This document shows positions 47,692-64,000 of a stretch of 64,000 nt of DNA, one piece after another. How positions within the stretch are numbered: position 1 is the stretch's first letter; every line of letters begins with the position of its first letter. Source of the stretch: the human T2T-CHM13v2.0 reference genome, Homo sapiens; the NCBI RefSeq assembly GCF_009914755.1, contig NC_060931.1; one strand, given 5' to 3'. Below the pieces are notes generated by a model. The model made no database searches. It had not been told where the DNA came from and worked only from the letters and a program-made list of their open reading frames with translations. The position numbers were made by a program, and so were the translations under genes.

Positions 47692-50244
47692 TTAAGACCT
47701 GACAAAAGAACTAAAAATTGTCATTGATTTGTCATGCTGCAGAGGATTTAAATTGAAGACACCAGCACTTACATATAATTAGCTTATAAAAGCAAGCAGT
47801 TAATTAAAACAATGCTATAATGGCACTTCAAATGTTGAATGCTATAGACTTTACGTGTTTGAATCAATACTGCAGTCTGAAATTCTGCCAAGCCTACCAC
47901 TAGGAAAGTCTTTGCCAAACAAGAATCACTTTTATTTTCTCCTCCCTACCTGACCTACTTCAGACTAGAATCTTTCAAATATATAAAAGAAATAATATGT
48001 AGATGGAAATGCTTAAACGAAAGAAAAAATAAACAGGGATATATTCTCATCTGAAAAGTCAGGAGGTTGGACCATGAGACCACTACAGTCCTTTTTAGCC
48101 CTAAAGCTTTACGATTTATTGTGATAACACCAAGAAGCTTATCACAAACGATATAAACTCTGGCTTCTAAAAGTCAGTGGTGATGGTTTAAAAAGGCGGA
48201 AAGGGGAAATAATAGATGGATCATCTGAAGCAGGATCAGCTACCAACACCAGCAACAAAAAAAATGACTGACCTTAATCAGGTCAGAGTTCTATGCAACA
48301 AAAACTGGATTCCTAAGGCTGGGGATTATTTTCCTCCTTTTCCCCCATACTCTGTGAAAATGTTTATTCTCAATCTGCGTGTGTGTGTGGTACTGTGGAA
48401 GTACTAACTTTAGAAAACAATTTTGTTTTATTAAAATGCTGATTTCTTCTCCCAATTTTTCACATAAACTCACGAACATTAGGTATCTTTATATTCAACG
48501 ATTTGTCTCCATTTGACAAAATTAAAAGAAAATTTCAATTAGTAAATATCCACTTGAACAAACAATACTCTTAAATTTAATGCCAAATATACTATGAGCA
48601 ATTCAAGTTGTATGTCAATAATGTACTTCACTAATACTTCATGTGTCTGAGCAAAGTGTGCTCTTCTGGGCCCACATCAGATCATTAGAGCAGGCAAACT
48701 GACTAAATGCTTCTAAGGCTCAGTTTCCTTGCCTGGATTAAAAAAAAAAAAGTGTAATACTCCTTCCTTATCATGAAGATTAAAAGAGGTAATGTGTACA
48801 AAGTACCTAGCACAGTGACACAATTCATTATTGCTGTTGACTTTTATTATAAACCTAAGTTAGGCTTTTGATAGCATTCTGAGATTCATAATGGGTGGCA
48901 AAAATAAGTTTTCCATGTGAATCTACCTAATTTCTCCAAATTTCTAAGATTTATTCCTCCAGAGAGAAAATGAGGTTTTTCTTTCAATTCAACATTTCTA
49001 AAAGGTCACCAAATAAAAACTTTCAAAGCAATTACTTAAAAGCCCCATCCTTATTCCCTTTAAGAACGTTCTGATGGGCATCAAAAAGAATCCCTTTCCC
49101 CCATGCCACTGACCTCTAACATCTAGGCTCTGGCCTGTACCAGATGAGGAGGAAAGTGTCACTGTATAATCAATATTTATACAATTATAAGTCAGAGCTT
49201 TACAGAGGTGTCACCTAACAAAACGCATAAATGACTAAGAATCATTCCAAGTGTCACCATCAAGACCACCAGAATATCACTAAAATCTGCATTAGGATTA
49301 TGTCTGTTGCTACTGGGATATCACTGACAAGTCTTTGAAGCTCATATGTCACACAATCTCCAGAAGGCCTCATACAATAGCAAATTGTTGCTTGTTACAA
49401 TAATGTTATATTAAAAATGGCTACTCGTTGAAAAATTATCTTAAAACAAATTCCATTGTTTAGGTGCTTCCCATATTTAGACATTCAGATAAACAATCTA
49501 CTACATAGTGCAATTTTAATTCCAACTCGCTCTTTCCCCTTTTGCTTCAACTCCCCTTTAAATATCCTATGCCATGTCTTTCTATACAACACAGGCACTT
49601 AAAAACAGAAATGCCTAAGCTATTTAGACTTTTGCCATTTTCTTCTCATCTTGCTGCAATCATGTTTTAACGGGATATTTAATTATAGATTCTACCATAG
49701 ATTTACTGCCTTTCTTTGAAAATAGGAAACTCTTGGAGTAATTAAGAGCTAGCTCGTTCAGAAAGTACTATAGAAAAAGAAATTCCAATCTCTCAACAAG
49801 AAATTTAAAAATTCTTATAGAGAGGCTTAGCCTTTGAACAAAATATATAATAAAAAGCTTTCTTGTCCATGAATATTAAAACATTTCTTACCACATGGCT
49901 AATTCAAATTGGGGTTACAACAGTGAGTCAGAAAACCTTGCTCTAAATAGTGATCTGATGAGGACATTAAAGAGTATTTGATTTAAAAGCTTTTTTTTTT
50001 AAATCAACATTCTTATAAAATCTAGGCATCTACCTAGTTCAAAGTATATTCCAAACACTTAGAACTCTGTTATAGGAATAGCTAATAGTGTGATCTACAG
50101 CAGTCATTAACAGTTGCACATTAAAAAGAAATAGCAATAAAAAGATGGACACCCTGAGGTCAATGATTTCCTCCCAATAACCAAACAAATGTTCCAATAG
50201 CATAAACCAAAAGATGATGATAATTACTACAACATGTTATGTTA

Positions 50245-50418
<174 letters not shown>

Positions 50419-50617
50419 TCATTGTTAGAAAATGTATAACACCTGTAAAGCAGGTTAAAAATCTAGTGTATCCTCAAAAATATCAAGAACATTTTCTTAG
50501 GTGCATATAGATTTTACACTATAGTTTCCCACATTCAAATAATACAAAAACACCACATCTGTTATTTTATTGCAAGTGGTTAGAGAACAGGAAACGATTG
50601 CCATCCTTTCTTTGTTG

Positions 50618-50619
<2 letters not shown>

Positions 50620-50661
<42 letters not shown>
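50620..50661. repeat. (TG)n microsatellite in EZH2 intron 2
   Basis: About 21 units. Confidence 0.95.
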
Positions 50662-50664
<3 letters not shown>

Positions 50665-50957
50665 TTTTTTTTTTAATCACAATGACTTTAGAAACATAAA
50701 ATCATGAAATGCATCCCTTTATATTTAGGGAGGCATTTCTGCAGCTGCATATGCAAATAAAAGTATACTAAACAAAGACTGATTAATGTGCATGGTATAA
50801 TGTTAAGACAGATCAAGAACCTAAGCTTCCAAGTATTCACTCATCTTATTGTAAATACAAACTTGGCTAGAATTATTTTAAATAAAAACTTATTGAACTT
50901 AGGAGGGGAAAAAACCTATCCTTAATTGTATATTCATTTTCACAAAAGATAAAATTA

Positions 50958-51104
<147 letters not shown>

Positions 51105-52570
51105 TTAAAATCACTAATCTAACCAGCCTGAATATGATCACCTGTGTTTTAATCCGCAGCAAACTAACAATCAGTGAAGAAATGACACATATTACACTGT
51201 TGGCATTTACAGAAAGGTGCTCATTTGTGCTGCATGGTTAAATCCTTAAAACACTTCATTGAAAGTTTAAGTTAAACTTAAAATACACTTTTATTTACAA
51301 AAATTCTACACTAAATTGCGGCCATATTATAGGAACATGATCCCATTACAGGAATTAGGTATACTATACTATATCACAACCTAGTTTTCAACTCTATGAG
51401 ATCCACATTTGTGGAGGGAAGAAAATATAAAGACAGATCCTGTTTTTCATCATTAGCTGTTACAGTAGCAAGGCATAATGGAATAATATAACTGAAAAAG
51501 GTAAATCCAAGAAGAAGTAAAATTTACAAACAGTACTAAAAGTAGAAAACATACAGTTCACCATATAATAAAATGTACAAAGGTACTCTCTCCCCACACA
51601 CTTAATCATGCACCTCTCCTTAAACACTGTGATAAAGTCTGTATTTTTGCCTCTTGTGCCACCTTTATTAACATGAGGGGTTTCTGCTATCAAGCGAAAA
51701 GAGGAATGCAGGAAATGCAAAGTAAATTCTTCTGCCTTATCTTTAGTTGCAGGCTCTCAGAACCAATTATGTTTAAATGCGGGGACAGCTTATAGTTCAC
51801 CAGATGTCTAATTCATACTGCAGAGTCCTCACCTTAAGTCTAAACAAGCGTCTTTTCCTAGAACATTTTCTCCTAAAGTATTAAAATCATCCTGTACCTT
51901 CAAATTATTAGCAGGACATTCTCTGTCAGGCTATGCAAAGCTTTACAGGCCACACTAACAATTTGTGCTTTATCTTAAGAACAATGAGAAGCCACTTTTA
52001 GTGTTTTAAGTAAAAGGGTGTGCGGTGAGGGAGTGAAAGAATAACTGCAACCAGGTTAGATGATGCTGCAGCACAGCATCCCGACAAGGGGTGACAGAGG
52101 CTTCTACACCACACTGGCGATGACAGGGAAAAGTACGTGAATTCAAGAGTTGCTTAGGCCAAAATTCCACCAAATGATGATTTAAATATGGAAAGTGAAG
52201 AAGAAGGTGACTTTCTGGCTTGAGCAAATAAATGAGTAGGGCAGGCTTCATCTATTTGTTTACATAAAAACTTCATGCACAGAGAAAACTGCCTAAGAAG
52301 AAGATTTAGAGTAAGAGTCCTGAGGCCAATGGGTAACTTTCTACAGAAATACTCAACCACCAACAGATGACAGAGAAGGCAGATGGCTGTTTACTCAGAG
52401 CTGTAACAAAGGGGCGAAGAAATTCATTTTCTCAAGCATGTAATAAATATTATGACCCAAGCAGTGTATACGAACTTGAATAAAATGAATATACAAATAT
52501 TATTAAATCCTTGCCCCTATGGAGCTGATAGTCTACCTAAGACAAAGGGAAAAATATAGTATGAGATAGA

Positions 52571-52977
52571 CAGACATACTTCAGTATCCCTGGGGAACTG
52601 GTTCCAGGACACCCCTCGGATACCAAAATCCACAGATGCTCAAAAGTCCGTGATATAAAGTGGTGTAATATTTGCATATCACCTATGCATAGCCTCCCAT
52701 ATACTTTTTTTTTTTACCTGGCTTCCTGGGATATAAGAGACTCCCATATACTTTAAATCACCTCTAGATTACTTATAATCCCTAATACAATGTAAATGCC
52801 ATGTAAATAGTTGTTATACTGTATTGTTTAGAAAATAATGACAAGCAAAACAGTACAGACATGTTCAGTACAGATGCAACCATCTTTTTTTTTCTGAATA
52901 TTTTTTATCTGCAGCTGGTTAAATCCATGAATTCAGGATCCATGGATTTGGAACTCACGGATATGGAAGGCTGACTG
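52571..52977 (+). mobile_element. MER2 (Tigger-family MITE) with a small internal insertion
   Basis: ggttccaggac...ggataccaaaatccacagatgctcaa...tctagattacttataat...ggctgactg. Confidence 0.85.
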
Positions 52978-53768
52978 TTTATACAAAAGCACTTTGGGAG
53001 AAAGAAAAGAATATTAGGAACTGCAGAAGGATGGCAGGAAAGGTAACAAGGAACTCAATCTTAAAAGCTGAGCTGGATTTCAAAAGGCAAAGAAAGAACC
53101 TAAAGAAATCTTAGGTCTGAGCAAGAGAAAGCTGGACAGGGGGCAACTAAAGTCTGGCTGGCAGACATTTAATAAGAATGGACCTGGAGAATGAAAGTCA
53201 CAAATTAAAAGGACTAAGGACCTGAAGGGAACGAAGAGATAAGAATGGGCAGGAATTTGAGTGTATTTGACATAAAGAAGGCTGATGAAATCACCAAGAT
53301 AGAACTATTCCAAGTGAAAAGTTTCCAAGTGTGGCCTTGCCTGCGAGTTGCTAAAGTGGAATAAAGCTGACAGTCACTCGGATTAAGCAGGCTAAACTCA
53401 AGATGACCCCAGCTTTGAGGTAAAGCAGAAAATGGTGTTAGGAAGGCAGTGAGGTAGGACCAAAGGACATCAAAGATGAGAAGAAACTGGAGCATTATTA
53501 TTTTTTAAATAATTTCATGACAATAGTTTTCTTCCTATCTGCTAGTTAGTTAACAGATGAACTCAACTAATTCTATGCAAATTACTTAAGACCACTTAGT
53601 GCTTCCAAGGCCTAGGAACTAGAAAGAAAAGGAATCAGATAAAAAGGAATGATCTGTAGCCTCATTCGCTCATAGGCTAATCACCTCTAGTCCATCTGCT
53701 GCCTAGACAAATTTCTCCTTGGAGGTAGCACCCCTGTGCAATAAGGCCTAGGGTAGTAACGTGTTTAG

Positions 53769-54096
<328 letters not shown>

Positions 54097-54505
54097 TACA
54101 ATTTATTTTTTAAGATACATATTTTATGTCTTGATGAAGACATTAGTTAGCATTTTATGTTTTAGTACTAGAACTGTCCTTGTCTAATATTCTGGAAGAC
54201 TTTCCATGCTGTTTCTACCATTAATAACATACCTAATAAAGTATATCATGAAAATCTACAGCATCCAGGTAGTTCTTTGAAAGTGTAAGACTAAATAGGT
54301 AGACCTGTGAAAGAATATTAAAATTTAAAGTACCAATTAAAAGGATGTTTTACACAAAACAAACTCCCACCATCATAGCATTTATAACATATTAAAATCA
54401 CATTTTCATGTATTTCACTCTATTCCCACTGTAAGTGCTTCAACAGCAAGAACCACTTTTACTCATTTGTAAAATCCCAGAGCCTGTGTGTGCCTGATAA
54501 TTGTA

Positions 54506-54830
54506 CAGTAGTCCCCACTTATCTCCCAAGACCGCCCCCCGCCAACCCCACAGCGGATGCCTAAAGCTGCAGATAGTACTAAACTCTAAATATACCATGT
54601 TTTTTCCTATACGTACATACCCATGAAGTTTAATTTATAAATAAGGCACAGTAAGAGACTGACAGCAATAACTAATGGTAAAATGAACAATTATAACAAT
54701 ATATTGTTACAAAAGTTACGTAGCTAGAGTCTTCTCTCTCTCAAAATATCGTAACATTTTCAGACTGCAGTTTGAATGAGTAACTAAAACCTTAGAAGGT
54801 GAAATTGTAGATTGGGGGTGGGGCGGCTAT
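54506..54830. mobile_element. MER44/Tigger7-type MITE
   Basis: TA-cagtagtcccc TIR; aagtttaatttataaataaggcacagtaagaga. Confidence 0.75.
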
Positions 54831-55364
54831 AGACTTAAAAACAAGCAAACAAACAGGTCTATTAACCCACATGAATAACGAGTAGCTTGTATCTTATCAG
54901 CATATCATTTGTAAAGCTTAGCTATAGGTATGAAAAGGAAGGGTGGCCTATCCATGCTTGAGCCAAAAAATGAGGTAAAGTGCACCCTATTATCAAGAAA
55001 CCCCCCGCAAAAGGAGATAAATCGCAGGGTCAGTTAGGACCCTGTGGTTCAGTTGTCCCTACTACCAGTTAGAGATCTTCAGCCTAAAACTCAGTTTCCG
55101 GAATTTCTTTTTTAAAAGGAAGCTGATATTGCCTTAAAGACCTTATCCATAAAACCTACCTCAAAGTCTGGCAACAAAAACGAAATATACATGCAAACAC
55201 ACTTGGTTCTGTGCCTGGCATATAGTGAGCCTTTAGATGTTAGCTCCCCTGACCTCCTTCCCCCACAACAAACGACTGGCTCAAATCAGGCCTCTGACTC
55301 CATTTTCAGTGATCTTTTCACAACACCACAGCCAAGTAAGCATAGTATTAAAACACAGATTCAA

Positions 55365-55670
55365 GGCCACGTACAGTGGTTCAAGCCTGTAAACCCAGCA
55401 TTTTGGGAGGCCAAGGTTGGAGGATTGAGCCCAGGAGTTCAAGACCAGCCTAGGCAATATAGTGAGACTCCCATCTCAAATCAATAAATAAGCAAGCAAG
55501 CAAGCCAGGTGTAGTGGCGCACACCTGTGGTCCCAACTACTCAGGAAGCTGAGGTGGGAGGATCTCTTGAGCCTGTGAGGTGGAGACTGCAGTGAACTGT
55601 CTTCACACCACTGCACTCCAGCCTAGGTGACAGAGCGAGACCCTGTCTCAAAAAAAGTAAAATAATAAAA
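55365..55670 (+). mobile_element. AluJ
   Basis: Diverged dimer. Confidence 0.9.
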
Positions 55671-56149
55671 TACAGCTCTAAATATTCATATATTGGCAGA
55701 AGCCTTTATTTAAACGACTTCTACTGAATGGACACTGTGTAAATACATATGGTTTTTAAATTTTTCAAAGATTTGTTTAGTTTCATAGGTGAAATCCCAC
55801 TAGTATGAACTTTATCCAGAATACAAAAGCAGCTTTTCCTGTTCAAAACAGATTATACCTCTATTCATTAAAACAAAAGTCTACCTGTATACAGTGAAAC
55901 CAAAACAACAATGGCTCTTTAATACAAAAGCCAAACCAGAATATGGCAGGAGCCCATCAAAGCTTTAGCAGAATGTAGTGACACCTCACAGATTTACATT
56001 TACATAGGTTAACTAAAATTAAGGGCAATTACAGTGTTCACAATCTATTTTGTGAATCAAACCAAACTCAGAAATACCCTGAACACCATGCCTTACCATC
56101 TTACTTTATCCCACTAGAGTAGATGCTATGTTGTTTTTGCCACCCAGGG

Positions 56150-56600
56150 TCAATTCACCCTTCTCTTGGGAACTTCACACCAACTCTTCTCTGAGAACTA
56201 CCAAGTACACTGGAGGAAGCTGACTCAAGCTGCTTGTGACCCTGGCCTGACCAAGGTACATCTCCCTAGACATAGTGACCAGTACAGGGTTAGATACACG
56301 GCCACAATCAGTGCAGTCACAGTGAAAATCTCAGGTTTCCTGCAATGCTAGGACAAGAATGCTCACTCTTCTCCCCTTAGGTCTAAACCTGGAAAAATGT
56401 TTGCCCAAGGACTTGTTGGAAGCCATCTTGGAGAAGAGCCTCAAAGAACAGAGTCAACAACTACAAAAAACAAAAGTCAAAGCCAAGAAAGAACTGTAGT
56501 CTCATGACCTAAGCCCTAAGTCAGGCAGACCTTCCCAAATTTCGGAACTATTCAGTTATATGAGCCAAGAAATTCCCATCTTTTTTTTCTTAATACAGAG
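56150..56600 (+). mobile_element. MaLR (MLT1-type) LTR remnant
   Basis: gaagccatcttg and ttcagttatatgagccaagaaattccc resemble the MLT1 3' part. Confidence 0.5.
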
Positions 56601-56639
56601 GGTATCTCAGATACGTATTTATTACTGAGACCATATATA

Positions 56640-57598
<959 letters not shown>

Positions 57599-57941
57599 TA
57601 TAGGAACATCTGAATTAATGGAAGATGGGCTCTCATAGCCTACTTCATTATCACCAACAGCATCGTCAGAAAAAGTAGAGCTTCCTCCATCCTCTCAGGT
57701 TTACAGAGGCCCCAGGACATGGCCAAGACACACCTTCCTACCTACCTCTCAGGTGGCCAGGCCACACAAGTCCAAGGAATCAGCACTGTTCTCTACCAGA
57801 TACGCCCCTACTCCACTTGTGAGAGGTATTTACCTAAATCAGACATTCCTGTCCCTCTTTACCCAGCTGCCAATAACTGAATAATTTGAAAAAAGTCCCA
57901 TAGGTATTGTCAGAGCCCTTATTGCTTCTTTAAAAATTCTA

Positions 57942-58234
<293 letters not shown>

Positions 58235-59149
58235 CTACCTCAAGGATTTGCTAAATCAAGGGAATGACCACCTATTTGGTCTGGCCAAATAAATGTTTCT
58301 GTTTCTATTTCTCTAAAGAAAACAATAAACTACATGTACTATTTATCCTTCTCAACTAAATTAATAGCAGCAACTTTGACTCTTAACTGAATACCAGGCT
58401 ATGTAAGGTCAAATCCAAACCCAACAAGATGTAAGTAATATGATTACAATATTCTCAATGTCCTTCCTTTTAAAAATGTTTACTTCACAGCAAGACTGCC
58501 AAAAAATTGCCAATTTTGATAACTCTCCAGTCTTCAATAGTGCCTGTTTGTATGTTTAAATGCTTTGAAGGCAGCTGTTAGTATCATTTGGCAATTTCAT
58601 TTATTTTTAATGTTACAATCCATTGTTTCAATATACTGAAATTTAAATCAATGGTAAATGAGATTTTGTAGGTAAGGATAAGAAAAACAATATAAAGAGA
58701 ACTTAGACATATAGATGTTAAATTATTGGTAAGTGATAAAAATTAATTACTTAAGAGAAACAGATCCTATGCCTGAGGGGGAATATAGAAAACCTGTCCC
58801 TGTAAAAAGGAAGACCATGAGAGAGGAATCCAGGAGAAGCAGGCACGCAGTGCCATGCACTGGGCACTAGAATCAGGATTCAAAACAGACAAGATCAGAG
58901 ATGGCAAGGAGAGTTCATCTCATACAACCACTTTGAGGGTTGTGTCCATAAGGATTATTGGCCTTAGGCCAGGCCATGTTCTAGCTCAGCAGAGAGAGTG
59001 CTGTCATGATTAATAATGCCTGTTACACACATGGGGCAAAGAATTGGGGTAGCAGCACTCTCTATTTCACACCAAATTCCAAGTAATAAACTAAACTAAT
59101 AAGAGAAGAGTTAGTTGTATTAATTCTAAGTCCTATACACAGCATTAAA

Positions 59150-59700
59150 CAAAAAGCAAGAGTTTGGACTCCAAAGCTCATTCCCTGGGTTCAGATCCAA
59201 GTTCTCCCACTTAGCAGCTGGGTGTGAAGTTGGCCAAGTTACTGCACATCTTTGTGCCTCACTCTCCTCATGAAAAAAGGCTAATTCAAGAGCCTCCACC
59301 TCAGAGTCATTGTGAGAAGTAAATTTATTTACGGTGCATAGACAGTGCCTGACAGATGGTAAGCACTATATCAGCATTAAAAAAGTAGTGGCTATCAGGT
59401 GGGCGCTGTGGCTCCCGCCTGTAATCCCAGCACTTTGGGAGACCGAGGCAGGTGGATCATGAGGTCAAGAGTTCAAGACCAGCCTGCCCAACATGGTGAA
59501 ACCCCGTCTCTACTAAAAATACAAAAATTATCCGGGCGTGGTGATGCACGCCTGTAATCCCAGCTACTCAGGAGGCTGAGGCAGGAGAATCGCTTGAACC
59601 TAGGAGGCGGAGGTTGCAGTGAGCTGAGAACACGTCACTGCACTCCAGCCTAGGCGACAGAGCAAGACTCCATCTCAAAAAAAAAAAAAAAAAAAAAAAA
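59150..59700 (+). mobile_element. MIR (59150-59380) followed by AluS (59396-59700)
   Basis: MIR core; Alu TSD aaaaaagtagtgRctatca. Confidence 0.85.
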
Positions 59701-59719
59701 GTAGTGACTATCAACTACA

Positions 59720-61600
<1,881 letters not shown>

Positions 61601-61789
61601 TTAGGTTACATAACAACCCAATGTAAAGGCATTCATTTTTAAAAATAACATTCACTTTTAGAAGTGATAACAGAAACAAATTTTAAAATCTAAAAATGTT
61701 ACATAAAATGTTAAATAGGAGAAACAAAAAATATGAATAGATGATTAGAATTATTTAAAAACATAGGATTAAAAAAAAAAACAGGTAGT

Positions 61790-62526
<737 letters not shown>

Positions 62527-63002
62527 TAATTCCACTGTTTTAAAACAGAAACTGTTACACAAACAATTTAAAAGGAAAAAAAAAGATCTCCATAGCAGCC
62601 TATATGATGACATGTCTACTTGAAGAGATAATGCACTTTTAGGCTTCTACAGAATCTGAATCAAGGGAAGTAACTGTGCCACTGACTGAACTTGTACTGA
62701 TCAAACAACAAATCAAAAGGATTCTATACAATTCAGGGCCAGTTTAGTTGTGTTTAAAATGAAGAGAAAAACTGGTCTTTACCCACAGTGAGAGCACACA
62801 ACTCAGAAAAGAGTATTTGAGTTTGCAGTTGAATAAAGAAAAGAAGGGTTAATATGCATTCATTAAGTCAACAAATATTTATTGAGCATCTAATACAAGC
62901 CAGAGACTACAATAGAAACTGAAGACTTAGCAATTAACAATTAAAAATCTGTGCCCTTATACAGCTTAAAATCTAGTTGGACAGAAACAGTTAAAAACAA
63001 AG

Positions 63003-63283
63003 TGTCAGGTGCAGTAGCTCATGCCTGTGATCCCAGCACTTTGGGAGGCTGAAGCAGGTGGATGACCTGAGGCCAGGAGTTCAAGACCAGCCTGGCCAAG
63101 ACGGTGAAACCCCGTCTCTACTAAAAATACAAAAATTAGCCAGGAGTGGTGGCACACACCTGTAGTCCCGGCTACTAAGGAGGCTGAGGCATGAGAATCA
63201 CTTGAGCCCAGGAAGCAGGGATTTCAGTGAGCCAAGATGTGCCACTGCACCAGCCTGGGCAACAGAGCAAGACTCTGTCTCAA

Positions 63284-63316
<33 letters not shown>

Positions 63317-63317
63317 A
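63003..63317 (+). mobile_element. AluS with (CAA)n tail inside an L2 remnant
   Basis: Dimer; cattcattaagtcaacaaatatttattgagcatcta L2 end at about 62858-62900. Confidence 0.88.
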
Positions 63318-64000
63318 GTAAAATGTTTACATGTAAGATGATGTTGAGTGCTATGGGAGAAAAAACAATACAGGTAAGTGAGTTAAGGCAAGGGTGGCAA
63401 ACAAAGGAATGTGAGCTGAAGTACTCAGAGCCCCAGCTGTGTGGCAAAGCCCATGGGACACAGAGATCCCACCAACCAACGGCAGTTCACCAACAGCAAA
63501 CCCAGGAGCAAACTATGTAAGAGCATGTTTTCTGGTAAAGATTCCAGAAATAATTAGATTAAATATCCACTTAATGCAGGCTCAGTATATCCGCAACGCC
63601 TCAGTGATCAACACAGCTTTACAGAATTTTGATCAGGCATTAAAACTAGCATTCAAGAGTTGCTTGCTGGCCCCGTTCTGGTTAACTAGTAGGTCTCATT
63701 ATCCTGAACAAAGACTAAAAGTTAACACCATTTTATAAAACATATTTATGCAAATAGCCATTCTCTGTTAGTATTATCAAGCCAAATTTAAAAAAACTGA
63801 TTATAAAGCTGATCCTGAGGCTATGCCATTCTATAAGCTCTAACATTGACTATTTGGTTTTAACAAAATCTCATCCTTAAATATGTATAGCTAATTTGAT
63901 GGTCTATATTTAATTTGTAAATCTGCTCTGGTTTTATCATAAGGAACTTATATGAAATCATATTCATAAAATTAAAGTTGAATTAACCCTGGGATTCCAA

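Noticed and set aside
63227-63520. Poly-glutamine ORF
   Set aside because: (CAA)n tail of an Alu

Overview
Human (primate) genomic DNA, recognisable as the CUL1-EZH2 locus (7q36.1). The + strand carries the last five coding exons and the 3'UTR of CUL1 (1586-~4880). The - strand carries all 19 coding exons of EZH2 (exons 2-20, CDS 51077->11420). I checked every GT/AG boundary by hand; the exon lengths sum to 2256 nt, i.e. 751 aa + stop. The two genes are convergent, about 6.3 kb apart. EZH2 exon 1 and the promoter lie beyond the right edge. The rest is intronic/intergenic DNA rich in Alu (about 30 copies), MIR, L1M, L2 and MER/Tigger DNA-transposon fossils, plus a retroposed U7 snRNA copy. There is no prokaryotic system, and nearly all ORF-track entries are Alu or repeat artefacts. 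The most interesting signals are RNA-level controls on EZH2: an 82-nt poison exon in intron 9, a second 179-nt candidate poison exon in intron 3, a young AluYg6 forming an inverted Alu pair around the skippable exon 4, an exon 2-3 circle that reads out a 92-aa ORF, an antisense U7 copy that puts a U7-complementary tract in the pre-mRNA, and an Alu-tail-derived (GGAA)15 microsatellite. Other oddities: two MER2 copies interrupted at the same internal site, and a dense cluster of 5' splice-site motifs downstream of the CUL1 poly(A) site. Repeat family names come from recalled consensus sequences, not from a RepeatMasker run.
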